Shown: positions 36,415 to 45,822 of the stretch, piece after piece
Numbering within the stretch: the stretch's first letter is position 1
Layout: the number at the start of each line of letters is the position of its first letter
From: Vicinamibacterales bacterium
GTDB lineage: Bacteria; Acidobacteriota; Vicinamibacteria; Vicinamibacterales; UBA2999
Direction: 5' to 3'
DNA: 64,000 nt
Assembly: GCA_035496255.1 (NCBI GenBank)
Contig: DATJEU010000068.1
Span: 3,256 to 67,255 of the forward strand
Position numbers and translations under genes: made by a program
The notes under the pieces: model-generated
Databases searched by the model: none
What the model was told of the DNA's origin: nothing
The model's input: the letters and a program-made list of their open reading frames with translations, nothing else

Positions 36415-37425
36415 TCAGCCCATTTGATGAGGTGCAAAGACGCCCGATGTCGCCGCCCGCCGGCTGTTGACGGTGGCCAGCAGGCGGATCGGATCGCGTT
36501 CGTAACGCGCCATGTCGAACAGGTTCCCGTGCTCGCGCGACGAGCAGTACTGAATGTAGAGACACAGACGATAGGTGCCGGGCTTCACGCGGCTGCCGAA
36601 GTGCAGGCATCGCGACGTGTCGACGAGCACGCCGCTTCCAGCCGGACCTTCGGCTGCCACGGCTTTCGCGAAGCCGTTCACGGCCTCCAGTTCGTTATCG
36701 AGATAGCGCGCCATCGCCATGTCCGCATCGCCTCTCCGCCGCTGCTTGATTGCGTTGACGATGCGCGAGGTCTCCGGCGCCGGGATGAACGTGAAGGGGC
36801 CCTCGTCGGGACCGACATCGCGCAGGTTGAGGAAGAGCTTGGCCTGGCGACGACCCTCGGGATCGAGATGATAGATCTGGCTCGAGATCGCTTCCTCGCC
36901 GCCGTGAGCAATCGAATACAGCAGGTCAACGCGATTGAGATGGGGAATCGTGCCCAGATAGTTCGTGACCAGACTGAGGAGGGCGTCGGAGAGCGCGAAG
37001 TCCACCAGCGCAGGATTTGCTCTGAGATCGGAATTGGTCAGCACGCTGCGCATGAACGCCCATTTCTTCGCGTGGAGTTCGTGCGCCGGACCGGTTTCGA
37101 GCTGCCGCTGCTTCGCTTCGAAGAGCCGCACCGCCAGTGGAATGATCGCGTGCACCCCGGGCAGCATCGACGGTGTCACCATCGCGTACCCGCCGTCCCG
37201 AGTCATGCCCGTGTTCGGGTGCTCGCGGTTGTACTGCGACACCACGCTCCGGCGCTGCAGCGCGTCGCGCGGCGACGTGAGGAAGTCCGACACCGCGAGT
37301 GCCGCCCGGCCGGCGGATGTGTAGCGCGCACGATGGTAGGCGTGGCGGCGCACGCGGTTCGTGTTCTTCGAGGCGTGACGGAGCGTCCGCCGCACGACGT
37401 TCACGGAATACTGGATCAGGCTCAT
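36415..37425 (-). CDS. Hypothetical protein, Fe(II)/2-oxoglutarate-oxygenase-like (PhyH-like HxD...H pattern)
   Basis: IYHLDPEG (HxD) and distal CLHFGSR. Clean 336-aa ORF whose ATG overlaps the upstream stop (ATGA at 37422-37425). Family call is tentative. Confidence 0.6.
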   Translation of the reverse strand: MSLIQYSVNVVRRTLRHASKNTNRVRRHAYHRARYTSAGRAALAVSDFLTSPRDALQRRSVVSQYNREHPNTGMTRDGGYAMVTPSMLPGVHAIIPLAVRLFEAKQRQLETGPAHELHAKKWAFMRSVLTNSDLRANPALVDFALSDALLSLVTNYLGTIPHLNRVDLLYSIAHGGEEAISSQIYHLDPEGRRQAKLFLNLRDVGPDEGPFTFIPAPETSRIVNAIKQRRRGDADMAMARYLDNELEAVNGFAKAVAAEGPAGSGVLVDTSRCLHFGSRVKPGTYRLCLYIQYCSSREHGNLFDMARYERDPIRLLATVNSRRAATSGVFAPHQMG

Positions 37426-40073
37426 ACGAGTCGGGCTTTGGCCAGGTGTGCAATCGCTTCGTGTTGCGTGCCGAGTCCCGCGCGCAGCACGCCGAGATCG
37501 CTGACGTCGAGGACGGTGAACGAGCCGGGTTGCACGCTCGCGAACGCGCGTTTCGCCACTTCCAGGTGACGCATCATCACGGGCTGCGCGTCCGAATAGA
37601 ACGAGATCGATTTCACGCCGAGGAGCGGCGGCAGGTACGAGAATCCGCCGTGGGTCCCGACGAATGCCCGCGCGCGGGCAACGACCCTGGTCTGCACGTC
37701 GAGATTCGCCCGCGGCGACATCACGTGGTCCAGGCGATGCACCCGGTGACGGTTCGTGACCGGCACGTCGAGATGATCGTCGAGCGGAAGCGGCGGGTTC
37801 AGCACGACGACGTCGGTGTGTTCGCTCAGTGCGGCGACGAGCTCGCTGACGAACTGGCGATTGGCCTCGGTGTCGGGGAACGCCGCGTTGAAATGGAATC
37901 GTACCGCGACGAAGTCGTCAGGCAGCGCGCCCGCCAGGTCGCTGGTGTTGATGGCCGGCAGGCGTTGCCACCTGGTGAACTCGTCGACCAGCGCGATCGG
38001 CGAGCGGCTTTGCCAGAAGCTGTGGAACAGCCGGTACATCTGCATCGGGTGCAGGACGTCGGTCTGGCCCAGCCGCAGCGTCTGCCGCGTCAGCTTGATC
38101 GTCTCCCGATCGAACTCGGTCATCGTCCGCGGCTTCGTCCGGCCGTCGGTGATGCGCTGTTCGCTTTTCTCGCGGAACTGTTCCGGCGTGAGGTGATCGA
38201 ACAGGTCGAGGTACCGGCGGCCAAGATCGCCATACCAGAGGCCGGCGCCGCCGCGTGAGACGATCACGAGACGCGAGGGATCGATCTGTCGCGTCGTCTG
38301 CACCCAGCGTACGAAGGGGATCCAGTAGAGAAGCTCGTAGCCAACCTCGCTGACCCAGGGCCCGACGATGATCGGTCGATCGTGACGCGCGATGCGCGCG
38401 CTGATGCGGCGAACCGCCACGGCTTCCTCGGTCGGCGCATTCGCGGCCGAGAGACGCGCGATGGCGTGCGGCAGCAGGTGCTCCTTGACCACCGTGCGCA
38501 CGGCGCGCAACCGGAAGAGACCGTCGGCGATCACCATCAACAGCTTGACGAAGCTGCCGGCGACGGTGACCGGCCGCAGTTGCCGTCGCCGTTTTCGCGT
38601 GAACCGGCCGAACCGCCGTGCCACCACCATCAGTCCGCCGACTGGAATGAGCAGCGCGCGAACCACGTAGGAGGTGAGCGACAAGCGGCGCGGCGCCGGC
38701 GCCGGAGTGGTCGCGAAACGTTCGATGTCGTCGACGAACCGGGGCGTGGCGGCGACGTCGAGGCCGAACGGCCGCGTAAACGCGCGGACGAACCCCTGCA
38801 CCCGCGCCGCCGTTCCTGGCGGGTCATCCAGTGCCTCGGCCAGCTGCCGCACGTGGGTATCGAAGTCGTCGGCCACTCGGAGCAGGCCTCCTCCCTCTGT
38901 CGTCAGGTAGCGGAAGTGCAGCGTGCCTTCCTGCGAGTGACGGTACGCCGGCGTGCGGATCGAGAACACCGGCCGGCCGGCGATGCCGCATTCGATCTGC
39001 GCGCTGGTGTTGATGCCGACGGCCGCGGCGGCGTGGTACATCGAGTCGTAGAAATCGTTCTTCGACTCCGCGTCAACCGGACTGGCGCCGCCGCGCGGCC
39101 ACACCGCGACGTCGTGCAGCGTCTGCGCGTCGAAGCGATGCCATGGTTGCCGGTTCTCCGGGTGCGGACGAATCAGAATGCCAGCCGTGCGCACGCGCGG
39201 ATCCGGCGCCGAGCGGATCGCCGCAATCCACTGTTCGATGAACCCGACCTCGTCGGGCGCGATGAATGGCGACGAACAGAGATACAGCAGGATCGGTGTT
39301 GCCGGGTCGAGACCGACGCGCGCGCAGAACGCGTCGCGCGTGCGGCTCGGCGTGCGCGCGAACCACTGGTCGTAGGCCATCGCGCCGGTGATGATCACGT
39401 TCTCAGGCCGCACGCCGTGCAGTTCGACGGCCTCGCGCTTCTGCGCCTCGTTCCAGACGAACACCTTGTCCGGCTGCACGCGGATCAACCCTTTGTTGGT
39501 CAGGTTGTCCCAGCTCAAAACCGGCAGGGCGCAGCGGATGCCGAGGCGCCGGGCGGCCTTGACGTAATCAACTTGATCGGAACCGATGTCGACGAGCGGC
39601 GTCACCAGCAGCACGTCGGGGCGCTGGGTTGTGACCAGATCCAGGCAGCCGCGATCGATCGGGACGGCGCGCTCGACGCCCAGCAGCGCCGTTGTCAGCA
39701 GACGATGTCCCGTGCGCGTTCGGAACAGCGGCCGCTCCGCGAGCCAGCACATGAACGCTGGCGCCTTGGAACGGGCACGTGCGGTGAGGCTGGTGACGCC
39801 CTCGTACTCAGGCGTCAGGTAGCGCAGGTAGTCGATGCTGTAACGCGCGCCGCGCGCCAGGCCGAGCCAGAACCGCCAGGGCATCTTGCGCTCGATTTCG
39901 CCGGCGGTGATGCGCGGATCCGACGTCAGCTCCCGCAGCAGGCGCGTGTCGCCTTCCTTGTCCTGCTTGGCGAAGACGAGATGAACACAATGATTCCGCT
40001 GCGCCAGCTCGCGGAGCGTCGAGGCGAAGTTCCGCAACGCACCGGTGTGGCGCATCGAAAACAGGATTCGCAT
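37422..40073 (-). CDS. Large two-module protein, both halves GT-B glycosyltransferase-like; function unknown
   Basis: Start trimmed to MRILFSMRHTGALRNF (ATG 40073, 14 nt after the dapE stop). N-module ...INTSAQIECGIAGRPV. C-module GPWVSEVGYELLYWIPF ... FVGTHGGFSYLPPLLGV, resembling the donor-binding end of GT9-like enzymes. Confidence 0.7.
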   Translation of the reverse strand: MRILFSMRHTGALRNFASTLRELAQRNHCVHLVFAKQDKEGDTRLLRELTSDPRITAGEIERKMPWRFWLGLARGARYSIDYLRYLTPEYEGVTSLTARARSKAPAFMCWLAERPLFRTRTGHRLLTTALLGVERAVPIDRGCLDLVTTQRPDVLLVTPLVDIGSDQVDYVKAARRLGIRCALPVLSWDNLTNKGLIRVQPDKVFVWNEAQKREAVELHGVRPENVIITGAMAYDQWFARTPSRTRDAFCARVGLDPATPILLYLCSSPFIAPDEVGFIEQWIAAIRSAPDPRVRTAGILIRPHPENRQPWHRFDAQTLHDVAVWPRGGASPVDAESKNDFYDSMYHAAAAVGINTSAQIECGIAGRPVFSIRTPAYRHSQEGTLHFRYLTTEGGGLLRVADDFDTHVRQLAEALDDPPGTAARVQGFVRAFTRPFGLDVAATPRFVDDIERFATTPAPAPRRLSLTSYVVRALLIPVGGLMVVARRFGRFTRKRRRQLRPVTVAGSFVKLLMVIADGLFRLRAVRTVVKEHLLPHAIARLSAANAPTEEAVAVRRISARIARHDRPIIVGPWVSEVGYELLYWIPFVRWVQTTRQIDPSRLVIVSRGGAGLWYGDLGRRYLDLFDHLTPEQFREKSEQRITDGRTKPRTMTEFDRETIKLTRQTLRLGQTDVLHPMQMYRLFHSFWQSRSPIALVDEFTRWQRLPAINTSDLAGALPDDFVAVRFHFNAAFPDTEANRQFVSELVAALSEHTDVVVLNPPLPLDDHLDVPVTNRHRVHRLDHVMSPRANLDVQTRVVARARAFVGTHGGFSYLPPLLGVKSISFYSDAQPVMMRHLEVAKRAFASVQPGSFTVLDVSDLGVLRAGLGTQHEAIAHLAKARLV

Positions 40074-40087
40074 GCGGTTGTTACATC

Positions 40088-41215
40088 TTACCGGGCGAGT
40101 AAAGCGGCGACCGCCTGTTCGTAGACGGCCGAGAGTGGATCGACGTCGGCCACCGCGACGTGCTCGTCGATCGCGTGAATCGAGCCGTTGAGCGGCCCGA
40201 ATTCGACGACCGCGTCTGAGATCGCTGCCAGGAAACGTCCATCCGAGGTGCCGCCGCCGGTCGAGAGTGCCGGCGTCACGCGGGTGACCGCGTGGACCGT
40301 GTTCACCATCACGTCGACCAGGCCGCCGCGCGGCGACAGGAACGGCGCACCGGAAAGGTGCCACTCGAGGTCGTAGTCCACGCCGTGGCGATCGAGGGTC
40401 TCATGGACGCGCGCCCTGAGGCGGTCGCCGGTCCACTCGGTCGAGAAGCGGAAGTTGAACAGGACGCGCATCGATCCGGGAATCGTGTTGTTCGCACCCG
40501 TGCCGGCATGGAGGTCGGAGATCTGGAAGCTGGTCGGCGCGAAGTATTCGTTGCCACGATCCCATTCGGTGGCCGCCAGCTCCGAGAGCGCCGGCAGGGC
40601 CGGCAGGATCGGGCTGCGACCGCGCTCCGGATACGCGATGTGGCACTGCACGCCCTTCACCGTCAGGATGCCGTTGAGCGATCCGCGGCGTCCGTTCTTG
40701 ACGGTGTCGCCGAATCGCTCACTCGACGTCGGTTCACCGACGATGCAGGCATCGATGTGCGTGCCGCGGGCCTGGAGCTCGGAGACGACCGCCCGGGTAC
40801 CGTCGATGCCGGTGCCCTCCTCGTCGGTCGTCAGCAGAATCGCCAGCGTGCCTGGATGCGCAGGGCTGGTCTGCACGAAACGCTCGGCCGCCGTGATCAT
40901 CGCCGCGACGGAGACCTTCATGTCGGCCGCGCCGCGTCCGTACAAGTTGCCATTGCGCTCGGTCGGCGTGAATGGATCGCTGGTCCAGCGATCGAGCGGC
41001 CCCGGTGGGACCACGTCGAGATGACCGGCCAGGCAGACCAGCGGCCGGCCGCTGCCGTGATGCGCCCACAGGTTCTGGACCGCCCCGCGATCGATCCGCT
41101 CGCACGTGAAGCCGGCGCTGGTCAGCCGCGCCGCGAGCAGTTCGACGCTGCCCGCGCCGTCAGGCGTAAGCGAGCGGCAGGCGATGAGCTGCTTCGCGAG
41201 CGAAAGGGTCGTCAC
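40088..41215 (-). CDS. dapE: Succinyl-diaminopimelate desuccinylase
   Basis: LAKQLIACRSLTP, LAGHLDVVPPG, RGAADMK and TDEEG M20-peptidase/DapE motifs. GTG start at 41215. Confidence 0.9.
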   Translation of the reverse strand: MTTLSLAKQLIACRSLTPDGAGSVELLAARLTSAGFTCERIDRGAVQNLWAHHGSGRPLVCLAGHLDVVPPGPLDRWTSDPFTPTERNGNLYGRGAADMKVSVAAMITAAERFVQTSPAHPGTLAILLTTDEEGTGIDGTRAVVSELQARGTHIDACIVGEPTSSERFGDTVKNGRRGSLNGILTVKGVQCHIAYPERGRSPILPALPALSELAATEWDRGNEYFAPTSFQISDLHAGTGANNTIPGSMRVLFNFRFSTEWTGDRLRARVHETLDRHGVDYDLEWHLSGAPFLSPRGGLVDVMVNTVHAVTRVTPALSTGGGTSDGRFLAAISDAVVEFGPLNGSIHAIDEHVAVADVDPLSAVYEQAVAALLAR

Positions 41216-41222
41216 CGGACGA

Positions 41223-42089
41223 TCAGTCTCGCAACAGTTCGTTGATCGACGTCTTGGAGCGTGTCGTCGCGTCGACGCGCTTCACGATCACCGCGCAGTA
41301 CAGCGAGTACTTACCGTCGGCCGATGGCAGGCTGCCGGGAACGACGACCGAGCCGGAGGGAACGCGGCCGTAATGGATTTCGCCGGTGGCGCGATCGTAA
41401 ATCTTCGTGCTCTGACTGATGAACGTGCCCATGGCGAGGACCGAGTTCGCCTCGACGATCACGCCTTCCACCACTTCGGAGCGCGCGCCGATGAAGCAGT
41501 TGTCCTCGATGATCGTCGGGTTGGCCTGGAGCGGTTCGAGGACGCCGCCGATTCCGGCGCCACCGGAGAGGTGTACGTTCCTGCCGACCTGCGCGCACGA
41601 CCCCACCGTGGCCCATGTATCGATCGTCGTGCCCTCGTCGACGTAGGCGCCGATGTTCACGTAGGACGGCATCAGGATGACGTTGCGTCCGATATAGCTC
41701 CCCGTGCGCACCAGCGCACCTGGCACGGCGCGGAAGCCGCCGTCGCGGAACTGTTCGTCACTGTAGCGCGCGAACTTCAACGGCACCTTGTCGAACCACC
41801 GTGTGAACACTGCGTGCGTCGCGCCGCCGCCCGCGTCCGGCACGACGGTGTTGTCGCAGGCGCGGAAGTAGAGCAGCACGGCTTTCTTGATCCACTGGTT
41901 CGTGACCCAGGTGTCGCCGCGCTTCTCCGCCACCCGCAACCGGCCGGCGTTCAGGCCGGCGATGACGTCGTCGAGCGCCTGCTTCAGTGCGGCATCGACG
42001 CGGGCAGGCGAGATCTCGGCACGGCGTTCGAACGCCTCTTCGATCAACGCTTCGAGCGGGTGGGCGGACGTCACGATCTGATCAGCCAT
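41223..42089 (-). CDS. dapD: Tetrahydrodipicolinate N-succinyltransferase
   Basis: Hexapeptide-repeat region ([19 protein letters not shown]..., [24 protein letters not shown]). Its ATG shares one base with the dapC stop (TGATG). Confidence 0.9.
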   Translation of the reverse strand: MADQIVTSAHPLEALIEEAFERRAEISPARVDAALKQALDDVIAGLNAGRLRVAEKRGDTWVTNQWIKKAVLLYFRACDNTVVPDAGGGATHAVFTRWFDKVPLKFARYSDEQFRDGGFRAVPGALVRTGSYIGRNVILMPSYVNIGAYVDEGTTIDTWATVGSCAQVGRNVHLSGGAGIGGVLEPLQANPTIIEDNCFIGARSEVVEGVIVEANSVLAMGTFISQSTKIYDRATGEIHYGRVPSGSVVVPGSLPSADGKYSLYCAVIVKRVDATTRSKTSINELLRD

Positions 42090-43276
42090 CAGCGGCAAAA
42101 CTCCACGATGCGCCGGGCGGCCTCGGCGCAATCCTCCAGTTCCGGAACCAGCGCGATGCGCACGTATCCGCGGCCCGGGTTGACGCCGTGGGCCTCGCGC
42201 GCGAGATAGCGGCCCGGCAACACGGTGACGTGCGTTGCCCCAAACAAGTCGCGGGCGAACGTCTCATCGTCGCCGCCCGGCACCCCGGCCCAGAGATAGA
42301 AGCTCGCGTCGGGTGCGCGCGTGTCGAGGACCGGTTCGAGCAGCGGTCGCACGGCGGCGAACTTGTCGCGGTATCGCGCGCGATTGTCGCGCACGTGGGC
42401 TTCGTCGCGCCACGCGGCGATGCTTGCCTGCTGCACCGTGATGCTCATCGCGCTCCCATGATATGTGCGGTAGAGCAGGAATCGCTGCACCAGCGCGGCG
42501 TCGCCGGCGATGCCGCCGGAGCGCAGTCCCGGCGCGTTCGACCGCTTCGACAAACTCGTGAACACCACGAGATTGCGGTAGTCGGTACGGCCAAGGCGCT
42601 GAGCGGCCTCGAGGCCGCCGATCGGTGGCGCCGTTTCGTCCGGATAGATCTCCGAGTAGCACTCGTCCGACGCGATGACGAAGCCGTACCGATCGGCACG
42701 ATCGAACAGCGCGCGCCAACCATCGAGGTCGAGCACCCTCCCGGTGGGATTTCCGGGCGAACACACGTACAGCAATTGCGTCCGCCGCCACTCGTCGTCG
42801 GTCAGCGAATCGAGGTTCGGATCGAAAGTGGTCCCGGCGGTCTGGTTCAGGAACACCGGCCTCGCGCCGGCGAGCAGGGCCGCCCCTTCATAGATCTGAT
42901 AGAACGGGTTCGGACAGACGACCAGCGGCGACGGCTGCGTGCTGTCGATGGTGGCCTGGGCGAACGCGAAGAGCGCCTCGCGCGTGCCGTTGACCGGAAG
43001 CACCTGCGTCGCCGCGTCGAGGCTGCTCAAGCCGAATCGCCGCACGAACCATGCGGCGAGCGCTTCACGCAGGACGTCGAGACCTGCCGTCGCCGGATAC
43101 GTCGAGAGTCCACCGAGATTCGCACCGATCGCCGTACGAATCAGCTCTGGCGTCGCGTGTTGCGGCTCACCAATCGACAACCGGATCGGCGGCAGCGACG
43201 GCACCGGGACATCGCGCAGCAGCGCGCGCAGCCGCTCGAACGGGTACGGCTGCAGCAGGTCGAGACGGGGATTCAT
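42089..43276 (-). CDS. dapC: Succinyldiaminopimelate aminotransferase (class I/II aminotransferase)
   Basis: [21 protein letters not shown]-terminus as in DapC, plus the PLP-lysine region SLSKRSN. Start at ATG 43276; ATG 43285 is possible. Confidence 0.85.
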   Translation of the reverse strand: MNPRLDLLQPYPFERLRALLRDVPVPSLPPIRLSIGEPQHATPELIRTAIGANLGGLSTYPATAGLDVLREALAAWFVRRFGLSSLDAATQVLPVNGTREALFAFAQATIDSTQPSPLVVCPNPFYQIYEGAALLAGARPVFLNQTAGTTFDPNLDSLTDDEWRRTQLLYVCSPGNPTGRVLDLDGWRALFDRADRYGFVIASDECYSEIYPDETAPPIGGLEAAQRLGRTDYRNLVVFTSLSKRSNAPGLRSGGIAGDAALVQRFLLYRTYHGSAMSITVQQASIAAWRDEAHVRDNRARYRDKFAAVRPLLEPVLDTRAPDASFYLWAGVPGGDDETFARDLFGATHVTVLPGRYLAREAHGVNPGRGYVRIALVPELEDCAEAARRIVEFCR

Positions 43277-43603
43277 CACCGCCATGCTATCAAGCGAGGC
43301 CGTTCGGGCAGGCGCGAAGGGCGTGAGGCGGCGATGAAAGATCATCACGAAGTCGCCATGGGCGCGAAGCCGCACGCCGGCGGCATCCGCTTCGCAGGAA
43401 TTCAAGCGTCAACATCACGTCGATGTTCGCCACTTCTCCAACTGAGCGTTGGTCATTCCGGTCCATAAGACGCAGTTGCTGACATATCTTCGGCTGATGG
43501 AGTGCCCGGCGGGACTGTCGATCAACGCCAACGTCACCAGACTGATGGATGGCGTCAGGCGCGTTCTGAACACGAAGCCATCGTCCGTGCCCGGCCAGGT
43601 AAG

Positions 43604-44188
43604 ATGCCGCCGATGACACTGCTGCTCGTGGCAATGACCTTCTTCGTGACGTCCATCGGCCGCGGCTTCGGCGGCAACCTTGGCGGTCTTGCCGGCGCCG
43701 ACGCGCATTGCCGGCGGCTCGCGACGGAAGCGGGGGAAGGGAATCACACCTGGCATGCGTATCTGAGTGCGCCCGCGATCAACGGGCAGGCGGCGGTCAA
43801 CGCCCGCGATCGGATCGGCCGCGGTCCGTGGGTCAACGCCGCCGGCATTGAGATTGCCGCCAACGTCGACGACCTTCACCGCGACGACAACCGCCTGACG
43901 CGAGAGACAGCGCTGACCCAGAAGGGCACGATGATCGCGCCGGGCCGGCACGACCTCCTGACCGGCTCGAATCCGGACGGCACGCTGTCGACCGAAGCGC
44001 CGGACACGACGTGTCGGGGCTGGACCAGCGGCACCACCGGTACCGCGATGCTCGGGCACGTCAATCGCAGCGGCGGCGGCCAGCGCGGCACGTCGTGGAA
44101 CTCCGCGCACCTGTCGCGTGGCTGCAGCCAGGACGCGTTGCGCGCGTCGATGGGCGACGCACTCTTCTACTGCTTCGCGACAGACTGA
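43604..44188 (+). CDS. Membrane-anchored DUF1554/endostatin-like (C-type-lectin-fold) protein
   Basis: Hydrophobic N-terminus. The pattern GGLAGADAHCRRLA...WHAYLS...GPWVNA...LLTGSNPDG...CRGWTS...LFYCFA parallels the conserved Cys/Trp framework of endostatin-like domains. Confidence 0.55.
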   Translation: MPPMTLLLVAMTFFVTSIGRGFGGNLGGLAGADAHCRRLATEAGEGNHTWHAYLSAPAINGQAAVNARDRIGRGPWVNAAGIEIAANVDDLHRDDNRLTRETALTQKGTMIAPGRHDLLTGSNPDGTLSTEAPDTTCRGWTSGTTGTAMLGHVNRSGGGQRGTSWNSAHLSRGCSQDALRASMGDALFYCFATD

Positions 44189-44190
44189 CG

Positions 44191-44278
44191 GGTTCGGGGT
44201 TCGCGGCTGCACGGGGTCTCGTTCTCCGGTTCACGGTGCACGCGTTCACAGGGGTTCGGGTTCATCGCCGTGAACCGG
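44191..44278. repeat. GGTTCG-type heptamer run ending in an 11-bp perfect stem
   Basis: ggttcgg ggttcgc ... then ccggttcacgg (44226-44236) pairs with ccgtgaaccgg (44268-44278); the loop holds more GGTTC motifs. Confidence 0.7.
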
Positions 44279-44307
44279 TAAAATGCCGGCGTACGGAGAA
44301 CTCATAA

Positions 44308-45150
44308 ATGCGATCACGTGTTCGACCCGTTCTGCTCGCGCTGGTTGCTGCGGTCGGCTTCGGTTCGGTGCCGGTTCTCGCCCAGTGGCTGAAGTATCCG
44401 ACCGCCAATGTGCCGCACACGAAGGACGGCAAGGTGAACTACACGGCGCCGACGCCGCGGACCGCCGACGGTCACCCCGACTTCTCCGGCCTCTGGTTCA
44501 ACGACAACCACGCGCCGTGCCCCGGCGACGAATTCCTGCAGTGCGGCATCGAGCTGCCGATGTCGCGCTACGGCTTCAACATCGGCGGTGCGGTGGATGG
44601 CGGCCTGCCGTACAAGCCGGAGACCCAGGCGCTGGTCCGCAAGCGGACGGCAGACCAGTCGAAGGACGACCCCCACGCACGGTGCATGCCCGACACCTTC
44701 CTGCGCAACTACGGCCTGCCTCACATGCAGAAGTGGATTCAGGTGCCGGGCGAGCTCGTGATGCTGAACGAGGACAATGCCGTCTATCGCCAGGTGTTCC
44801 TCGACAACCGTCCGTTGCCGCAGGATCCGACGCCGACCTGGATGGGGTATTCGTCAGCGAAGTGGGATGGCGACACGCTGGTCGTGACTGCCGCCGGCTT
44901 CCGCGACGACACGTGGCTGGACATGGGCGGCAACTTCATTACCGACAAGGCAAAGATCACCGAGCGGATCACGCGCCCCGACTGGGGTCACATCCTGATC
45001 GAAGACACGGTTGACGATCCGAAGGCCTACACCAAGCCCTGGACCGCCCGCCTCAAGATGCGCATCGTCGTCGACACCGAGCTGGTGGACGAGCACTGCG
45101 TGGAGAACGAGAAGTCGTTCAATCGCATGCATGCCGAGCCGCAGAAATAG
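44308..45150 (+). CDS. Secreted conserved hypothetical protein (paralogue of 60257-61126)
   Basis: GGAGA lies before ATG 44308, followed by a signal peptide. Motifs shared with the paralogue: HxRCxP, WxGDTLVV(T/D)xxGF, DPxAYTxPWT, and Cys in the E(H/Y)xC tail. Confidence 0.75.
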   Translation: MRSRVRPVLLALVAAVGFGSVPVLAQWLKYPTANVPHTKDGKVNYTAPTPRTADGHPDFSGLWFNDNHAPCPGDEFLQCGIELPMSRYGFNIGGAVDGGLPYKPETQALVRKRTADQSKDDPHARCMPDTFLRNYGLPHMQKWIQVPGELVMLNEDNAVYRQVFLDNRPLPQDPTPTWMGYSSAKWDGDTLVVTAAGFRDDTWLDMGGNFITDKAKITERITRPDWGHILIEDTVDDPKAYTKPWTARLKMRIVVDTELVDEHCVENEKSFNRMHAEPQK

Positions 45151-45168
45151 AGAGGGATGTTCACGCTT

Positions 45169-45289
45169 CTGAGTTCTCAGTGCCCGGTTCGTGTTCGAGT
45201 TCGCTCTCGGATGGCGGCGATTTCGAGATTGCGAACCGCGAACCTCGAACCTCGAACCTCGAACCTCGAACCCGAACAGAGAACTCAGC
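45169..45289. repeat. ~120-bp palindromic element with 6-7 tandem (G/T)CGAACC heptamers
   Basis: Outer stem ctgagttctc / gagaactcag. Left arm ggttcgtgttcgagttcg. Right arm gcgaacc x2 then tcgaacc x4 (45231-45272). Lies between convergent genes. Confidence 0.85.
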
Positions 45290-45308
45290 ACCCTGAAGTG
45301 TGAACGTC

Positions 45309-45800
45309 CTATTCCCTCGAATGATCGGGATGCCTGAAGAACCGCTCTTCGATCGGCGCGAGAATCACCAGCGTCAGCAGCACCATGCATGACGAGATCA
45401 GCGCGAGCAGCGGGAAGCCCGCGCCGGCCACCACACCGATCCCGGCGACGACCCAGATGGTGGCCGCGGTGGTCAGGCCGGTGACCTGGCCGCCGTTCTG
45501 GATGATCGAACCGGCACCGAGAAAGCCGATCCCGACAACCACCTGGGCCGCGATGCGCGTCAGGTCGACGCCGCTCGCTTCCTGAAAGAGCAGCGCTCCG
45601 ACCGCCGTGTAGATCGCGGCGCCGACACAGATCAGGATGTTGGTGCGGAACCCGGCGGGCTTGTGTTTGACCTCGCGTTCGAGCCCCACCATCGCTCCAC
45701 ACAAGGCCGCAACACCGCACCGGAACAGGAACGGAAGGAGCACCGGACGGAGCTGATCGATCTGTTCGAGCAAGTGGACGTCCTGCATCGCGGTCATCAT
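45309..45800 (-). CDS. mgtC: MgtC/SapB-family membrane protein
   Basis: AALCGAMVGLEREVKHKPAGFRTNILICVGAAIYT is the family signature. Membrane core only, 163 aa. Confidence 0.85.
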   Translation of the reverse strand: MMTAMQDVHLLEQIDQLRPVLLPFLFRCGVAALCGAMVGLEREVKHKPAGFRTNILICVGAAIYTAVGALLFQEASGVDLTRIAAQVVVGIGFLGAGSIIQNGGQVTGLTTAATIWVVAGIGVVAGAGFPLLALISSCMVLLTLVILAPIEERFFRHPDHSRE

Positions 45801-45822
45801 ACGTGCGGTCTATACTCCCGCC

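Noticed and set aside
38382-40124. 580-aa plus-strand ORF
   Set aside because: It is antisense to the 883-aa GT-like gene. Its composition is dominated by Arg/Asp/His/Gln. The minus strand is supported by ATGA coupling and tight spacing within the operon.
40074-40364. 97-codon N-terminal extension of the GT-like ORF (similar extensions at 36386-36610, 9539-9835, 7397-7576 and 42090-42131)
   Set aside because: The extensions overlap the preceding gene or known intergenic repeats, are Arg/Pro/Gly-rich, and lie upstream of internal starts that give family-typical N-termini.
43411-43427. AACATC-ACGTC-GATGTT palindrome in the dapC/endostatin-like divergent region as a regulator binding site
   Set aside because: It is a single 6-bp-arm palindrome with no second copy in the window and no known matching operator consensus that I can recall. 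It is kept only as a note.
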